The notes under the pieces are model-generated. The model worked only from the letters and a program-made list of their open reading frames with translations. It made no database searches and was not told the origin of the DNA. DNA of 32,000 nt, taken from positions 120,001-152,000 of the forward strand of contig NZ_CP064923.1 in assembly GCF_018336915.1 (NCBI RefSeq), in the 5' to 3' direction. Shown piece after piece: positions 27,498 to 32,000 of this stretch (position 1 is its first letter; each line of letters begins with the position of its first letter). The DNA comes from Acaryochloris marina S15 (GTDB lineage: Bacteria > Cyanobacteriota > Cyanobacteriia > Thermosynechococcales > Thermosynechococcaceae). A program made the translations under genes and the position numbers.

Positions 27498-30056
27498 CTA
27501 AAATTCAAACGTCAAGCCAAGTCCGAAATTAATCCCAGGTTGGGTAATGCGAGCCCGCCGTTGACCAAATCTAGGATCGGCGGTCGTGTTGTTCGTTGAA
27601 TCATTGAGGCGTCGAGCATCCGCATAGCGAACATATTCCGCATCGAAAATATTGTAGATTCCTCCTCTAAGACTGAGATTGGAGCCAATTTTGACAAAGC
27701 CCGTCATATCTACAAAGGCAAAGCCCCCAGGAATAAAATCATTCGGCTCTTCATCTACCCGAGCAGTGCCGACAAAGGTACCTATCAACTCAGCTCCCCA
27801 GCGATCTTCTGGGGCTCGATACCCTAATCCCACGACAGCTTCAAACGGATTAACGGTTGCTAGAGGCTGATCATTTTGGTCGTCATCGCCAATAATCCAG
27901 GCTAGACCCCCAAAAACACGGAACCCGTGAGGTTCAGAGCTAAACCGATATTCACCTTGGGCCTCCAGTCCGTAGATGCGGACCTGATCAAGGTTTTGAG
28001 ACTGAAATACCTGCACACAGCCTGGGGTAAACGGTGGGAAACAGCCCGCGGGTTCGGTGCCTGCGGTGCTACCGTCAGAAGCCCCAAAAATAAAGTTGTC
28101 ATAAATGCTGTAGAACCCGGTGACCCCAAAAGTTCCTCGCGGGAAAGCACCCTTCACCCCCAACTCAAAGGTATGGCTCTTTTCCGGGTCCAAATTGGGA
28201 TTAGCAATGGTGCGATACCCGCCTCCAGGATTGGAAAAACCGCTATTGATTTCAATATAGTTTGGCCCTCGGAATCCACGGGCATATCGACCGACCAAGG
28301 CAATTTCAGGGCTCACCTTGTAGACCAAGCCTAAGCTGGGAGACAGGGCCGAGTCATTCAAATCAGCCGCTTGAGCACCGGGATTATTAAAGAAGAGGGC
28401 ATCTGGCTGAGTTTTCAGGCTGTAATAGTCAAAGCGCAGTCCCGGAATGATGGTAAATCGCCCTTCTCCAAATTCAATCTCATCTTGCAGATAGACTCCG
28501 ATGCGTAATGTATCGGAGTCCGGGAAATCTTTGACTGGAAAAGCATCGGGTCCAACGCGATTGGAGACAACGCCCGTGTCTAAGTTGATGCGCTGTCCAT
28601 CGCGAATCCGCTGGTTGAAGGTGCTAGAAATATCTAAGCCATAGGTGAGTTTGTGGGCAACACTACCAGTGCGAAAATCGCTGCGCAACTGAATATCGCC
28701 ACCGATAATATCTTCAACGAAGAGGTTATTTAACTCCCGAAAGCGACGCGCTGGAGGAGGGGCAAAAGGCGGTGGAACAAAGGGATTGGCGAAGATATCA
28801 TTTCTAGTGCGAGTTTCTTGATAATCGGATTCCTGATAGTAAAACTGAACTCGGCCAAATTGAAGAAAACTCTCGCTTTCAGGATTATCAAATTTATAGG
28901 CGATACTAAAGCGCGATCGCGTCGTTTCCGTATCGGTATCATCCCTCAGAATAGTCGTTCCCGGAAAGGCTAAGACCAGGTTAAGGTTATCTGCCGCCGT
29001 ATTAAAGTCTCCCGCTTCATTGAAATATTCACCGGTTAAGAGGACAGAGTTATAGTCATTGATCTTGAACTCTAACTTGCCCAAGACATTATTGGTCACT
29101 CCGAAAAAAGGATCCTCGAATCGATCCTCGGCCTTGTTATCCCGCTCTGTATTTTCGCGATGGGTAAAGCGGACTAAACCAGACAGATTATCCGTTGCCC
29201 GAAAGGCGACTGTCCCTGTCCCGGAGAAATCTGAATTCGAGCTTCGGAATTGAGTGGACCCGCTAATGTAGTAATCACGATCCGTCAATGCCAATAGGTC
29301 ACTGGGGTCTGGGGTAAAGTAGCTAACCACACCCCCCAACGCATCACTGCCATAGAGAGCAGAAGCAGGTCCACGAATAATTTCGGTGGTCTGCACCGAG
29401 CCCACGTCGACAAAATCGCGTCCTAAAATCGAACTGCCAAATTCAAAAAAGGTGGGGAGCCGAATCCCATCCACTTGCAGCAAGATCCGGTTGCGCTCTA
29501 AACCGCGGATATTGTAGTCCGTCGCCCCATAGGTCCCATCTTCATTGACACTCACCCCAGGCTCATAGCGGATTAAATCTTGGATATCTTGCCCTAACTG
29601 ACGTTGTAACTCTTCCGCTTTAATCACCGTGACGTTGGTTGGAGAGAGTTGAATGGCTCGCGGTGTCCGAGTTCCAGTAACGGTAATTTCCAGCTCTACC
29701 TCTTCATCGATGGTTTCACTAGGGGCAGTATCCTCTTCTTGGGAAGGTATATCGGTCTCATCCAGTACCTCTTGAGTTAAGAGTTGGGCATCCGATATCG
29801 GCAGATCTATTTCTGTAATATCAGGAATTTGCTCAGAAGTAATGATGGATAAGACCCTCTGTTCTGAGTCTGTTTGAGTGATATCTGGGGTACAGTTATT
29901 GACTTCCAACAAACAGCGTTCTTTATTTGACAGTTTTGTAATGTCTGAACGTTTATCTTGAACTTGGGAGAAGGCAGGCTGAGCATTGAGCATGCCTACC
30001 CCCGTAATGATTACGGCTAGAGAAAAAGCCGGGGAATTAATTCGAGTCATAGTCAT
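27498..30056 (-). CDS. TonB-dependent transporter (TBDT3), substrate unknown
   Basis: 852 aa. Signal peptide ...AVIITGVGMLNAQPAFSQ, TonB box VELEITVTGTRTP, plug motifs DYNIRGLERNRILLQVDG and TEIIRGPASALYGSDALGGVVSYFT, and a C-terminus ...FGLGLTFEF. Confidence 0.85.
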   Translation of the reverse strand: MTMTRINSPAFSLAVIITGVGMLNAQPAFSQVQDKRSDITKLSNKERCLLEVNNCTPDITQTDSEQRVLSIITSEQIPDITEIDLPISDAQLLTQEVLDETDIPSQEEDTAPSETIDEEVELEITVTGTRTPRAIQLSPTNVTVIKAEELQRQLGQDIQDLIRYEPGVSVNEDGTYGATDYNIRGLERNRILLQVDGIRLPTFFEFGSSILGRDFVDVGSVQTTEIIRGPASALYGSDALGGVVSYFTPDPSDLLALTDRDYYISGSTQFRSSNSDFSGTGTVAFRATDNLSGLVRFTHRENTERDNKAEDRFEDPFFGVTNNVLGKLEFKINDYNSVLLTGEYFNEAGDFNTAADNLNLVLAFPGTTILRDDTDTETTRSRFSIAYKFDNPESESFLQFGRVQFYYQESDYQETRTRNDIFANPFVPPPFAPPPARRFRELNNLFVEDIIGGDIQLRSDFRTGSVAHKLTYGLDISSTFNQRIRDGQRINLDTGVVSNRVGPDAFPVKDFPDSDTLRIGVYLQDEIEFGEGRFTIIPGLRFDYYSLKTQPDALFFNNPGAQAADLNDSALSPSLGLVYKVSPEIALVGRYARGFRGPNYIEINSGFSNPGGGYRTIANPNLDPEKSHTFELGVKGAFPRGTFGVTGFYSIYDNFIFGASDGSTAGTEPAGCFPPFTPGCVQVFQSQNLDQVRIYGLEAQGEYRFSSEPHGFRVFGGLAWIIGDDDQNDQPLATVNPFEAVVGLGYRAPEDRWGAELIGTFVGTARVDEEPNDFIPGGFAFVDMTGFVKIGSNLSLRGGIYNIFDAEYVRYADARRLNDSTNNTTADPRFGQRRARITQPGINFGLGLTFEF

Positions 30057-30215
30057 CCAAGGAGGTTAAGAGATAGCAGATTTAAACCTTTTGAAAACGG
30101 AAAAAGTTACCTTTAAGTCAACACTTGAAACCGAAAGAACACAGACATCTTCCTGCCAATCCCCCTGGAACTAAGATGTCCGCCCAAACTTGCCATTTTC
30201 TGAGAGAGGATCTTT

Positions 30216-30743
30216 ATGTCTACTGCTGTTGTGCAAACTTTTGGCCAGATATCTGATAACCCTGTGTTGATAGATAGGTCTGCCACCGAACCTATCTGCG
30301 AAGGCATGAATACTGCCCTGGCTAGCTTTCAGGCGTTGTATTTGCAATATCAGAAGCATCATTTTGTCGTTGAAGGCGCAGAATTTTATCAGCTCCACAA
30401 CTTTTTCCAAGAATGTGGAGATGCCACCAAAAGCCATGTCCATGATCTAGGCGAACGTCTCAATGGCTTGGGAGGTGTGCCAGTCGCTAGTTTTAGCAAG
30501 CTGGCTGAGTTATGCTGCTTTGAACCTGAAGCAGACGGTATTTACAATAGTCGAACGATGCTTGAGCATGACCTAGTTGCCGAACAATCTGTCATTAAAT
30601 TGCTCCGTAGCCAAGCTTCTCAGGCAGAGAGTTTGGGTGATCGGGGGACCCGCTATCTCTACGAGCAAATGCTGTTAGAGACAGAAGAGCGAGCTTACCA
30701 TTTGGCACATTTCTTGGCCTCAGACACGCTGGTGGTGTCGTAA
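30216..30743 (+). CDS. dps: Dps-family ferritin-like DNA-protection/iron-storage protein
   Basis: 175 aa with [24 protein letters not shown] and HVHDLGERL (ferroxidase-site His/Asp/Glu pattern). Divergent from TBDT3. Confidence 0.85.
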   Translation: MSTAVVQTFGQISDNPVLIDRSATEPICEGMNTALASFQALYLQYQKHHFVVEGAEFYQLHNFFQECGDATKSHVHDLGERLNGLGGVPVASFSKLAELCCFEPEADGIYNSRTMLEHDLVAEQSVIKLLRSQASQAESLGDRGTRYLYEQMLLETEERAYHLAHFLASDTLVVS

Positions 30744-30746
30744 CGC

Positions 30747-31151
30747 TCATGGTTTCTTCGTGGCGGCAATGGCCAGTTTCGCGCCTTCAATATCTCGGAT
30801 GCGATCCATCACCGTCACGACGCGGCCATGGCCTACTTGCTCATCGGCATGGATCACCACGACAACCTTTTCAGTGGTGTCCGTTAAGTCTTTGACTTCT
30901 GCCTCCAAAGCATTGAGCTGAATCGGTTCTCGATTGAGGGCCAAATCTCCCTTGGCGTTAATCGTCACCGTCACCTTCGTTGAGAGCTGCGGTTTTACCG
31001 TCTTTGCCTGGGGCAAGTTGACCGGCAGGGCATCGCTGCGATTTAGAAATAGGGTGGCAATGATGAAAAAAGACAAGATTGCAAAGATGACATCAATCAT
31101 CGGCACAATATTGATTTGAGCCGGTGGATTTGGATCATCGGGTAAGCGCAT
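30747..31151 (-). CDS. exbD: ExbD/TolR biopolymer transport protein
   Basis: 134 aa with INIVPMIDVIFAILSFFII as a single N-terminal TM. It overlaps the end of exbB by 17 nt. Confidence 0.85.
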   Translation of the reverse strand: MRLPDDPNPPAQINIVPMIDVIFAILSFFIIATLFLNRSDALPVNLPQAKTVKPQLSTKVTVTINAKGDLALNREPIQLNALEAEVKDLTDTTEKVVVVIHADEQVGHGRVVTVMDRIRDIEGAKLAIAATKKP

Positions 31152-31788
31152 GGGTTACCCCTCCTCGTTCATAGCGATGGCGATAGAGCAACTCCAACTG
31201 GCCTCCATACTCTTGAATAAAAGCCAACTGGCGCTGATATAAACTGCGAAACGCATTGGCAAAAATGAGGGTTGAGATCGCCACAATTAATCCTGCAGCT
31301 GTTGAGATTAAAGCCGTACTAATTCCCCCCGTCACTCCTGCAGTTTCACTACCCCCGATATTGCCCATATCTAGGGATGAGAAGGAGTTGATTAATCCCA
31401 ACACCGTTCCTAATAGTCCGAGCAACGGTGAAATACTGATAATCGTGTCGAAAACCGTCGTAAATCGCTTCAACGTCGGTAACTCAGCTTGCGCCTCACT
31501 TTCCAGTGCTAGTCGAAATTCTTCTGGCGTGGGATCTTCTAAGGACAGAGCTGCCAAAAAGATGCGAGCAATCGGGAACTTTGCCTGCTCTTGCAAATAC
31601 CCCAATGCATCGTAAATATTGTCCTGACGATAGAGTCTCAGAGCCTGTTTGACAATCCGTACTTGGTTGCGATTTAGCCTCGTCCAGAAGATGAGGCGCT
31701 CGATGATCAGGGCAATCGCAATTAACGAAAATACCATGAGAGGGAGCATCACCACTCCCCCCGCAGTTATCACTTGACCAAACTGCAT
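31135..31788 (-). CDS. exbB: ExbB (MotA/TolQ/ExbB proton channel family)
   Basis: 217 aa with three TM segments. PLLGLLGTVLGLINSF and TALISTAAGLIVAI are typical of the family. Confidence 0.85.
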   Translation of the reverse strand: MQFGQVITAGGVVMLPLMVFSLIAIALIIERLIFWTRLNRNQVRIVKQALRLYRQDNIYDALGYLQEQAKFPIARIFLAALSLEDPTPEEFRLALESEAQAELPTLKRFTTVFDTIISISPLLGLLGTVLGLINSFSSLDMGNIGGSETAGVTGGISTALISTAAGLIVAISTLIFANAFRSLYQRQLAFIQEYGGQLELLYRHRYERGGVTHALTR

Positions 31789-32000
31789 TTATTTATACCG
31801 TTCCACACACTACTGCGATAGAGAAGACCGATTGCTCTGACCGAAACCGCAGCAAACTGCACTGGCACTGAAAACATCAAACCGCGAATGTACATCAATA
31901 GAGGCACTGCTACAGCAATCACCCTTGCTGGGCTTTGAGTCATCTAAATGATGTTGATGTTTCGGCACAATCGGCCATAGATGAGACTGTAGAGTTAATG

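Noticed and set aside
27498-30056. Assigning TBDT3 as a heme/hemoglobin receptor from FRGPN and NPNLDPEKS (FRAP/NPNL-like boxes)
   Set aside because: NPxL-PE-S type motifs occur in many TBDT classes, and the segment between the two boxes (NYIEINSGFSNPGGGYRTIA) has no His where heme receptors carry their conserved ligand. The substrate is left unknown.
30059-30066. A perfect AAGGAGG on the plus strand next to the TBDT3 start, as the ribosome-binding site of an unannotated plus-strand gene
   Set aside because: No ATG, GTG or TTG-initiated ORF of meaningful length follows within 5-12 nt on the plus strand. It is probably coincidental.
31770-31943. A 57-codon minus-strand ORF (MTQSPARVIAVAVPLLMYIRGLMF...) overlapping the exbB start, considered as a small membrane protein or a TonB fragment
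   Set aside because: It has no Pro-rich TonB-like region, is below the ORF-track threshold, and has no obvious ribosome-binding site. No tonB gene is supportable in this window.

Overview
This looks like a cyanobacterial segment: at least seven exact HIP1 octamers (GCGATCGC) and mid-40s %GC by eye. It is dominated by an iron-acquisition regulon that several insertion sequences have invaded. Gene order, left to right:
- the last 2.2 kb of a large secreted RTX (GGxGxD) protein, built from 705-750 bp higher-order repeats with embedded 9-bp (Gly-Glu-Ser)n tracts
- a class I methyltransferase and a histidine-phosphatase-like lipoprotein
- AraC regulator 1, then TonB-dependent transporter (TBDT) 1, a PepSY protein and an O-methyltransferase
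- a 1486-bp IS with a 9-bp target duplication and an in-frame TGA in its transposase
- an AT-richer stretch carrying a kynurenine-3-monooxygenase-like flavoenzyme and a TPR-like orphan
- on the minus strand, TBDT2, two tandem FhuD-type binding proteins and an EntS-like MFS transporter
- a 6-kb IS cluster: an IS630 element split by an IS1634-like element that is itself split by a second IS630, then a PIN/VapBC-like pair, then another IS630 sitting on the stop codon of AraC regulator 2
- TBDT3 followed by AraC2, a divergent Dps, and ExbB-ExbD

I saw no rRNA, tRNA or CRISPR array.

The most notable signals outside the gene calls are:
- exactly phased 21-bp direct repeats between each AraC gene and a downstream TBDT (candidate operators)
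- a recurring Fur-box-like motif, TGATAnnTATTCTCA
- A7/A8 -1 frameshift sites in two IS630 elements
- a KMO-like enzyme next to an O-methyltransferase, which hints at a kynurenine-derived (quinolobactin-like) chelator route

I found no convincing self-contained new defence-type system. The best candidates for novelty are the RTX/(GES)n mosaic protein and the KMO-linked iron module, and both are hypotheses.
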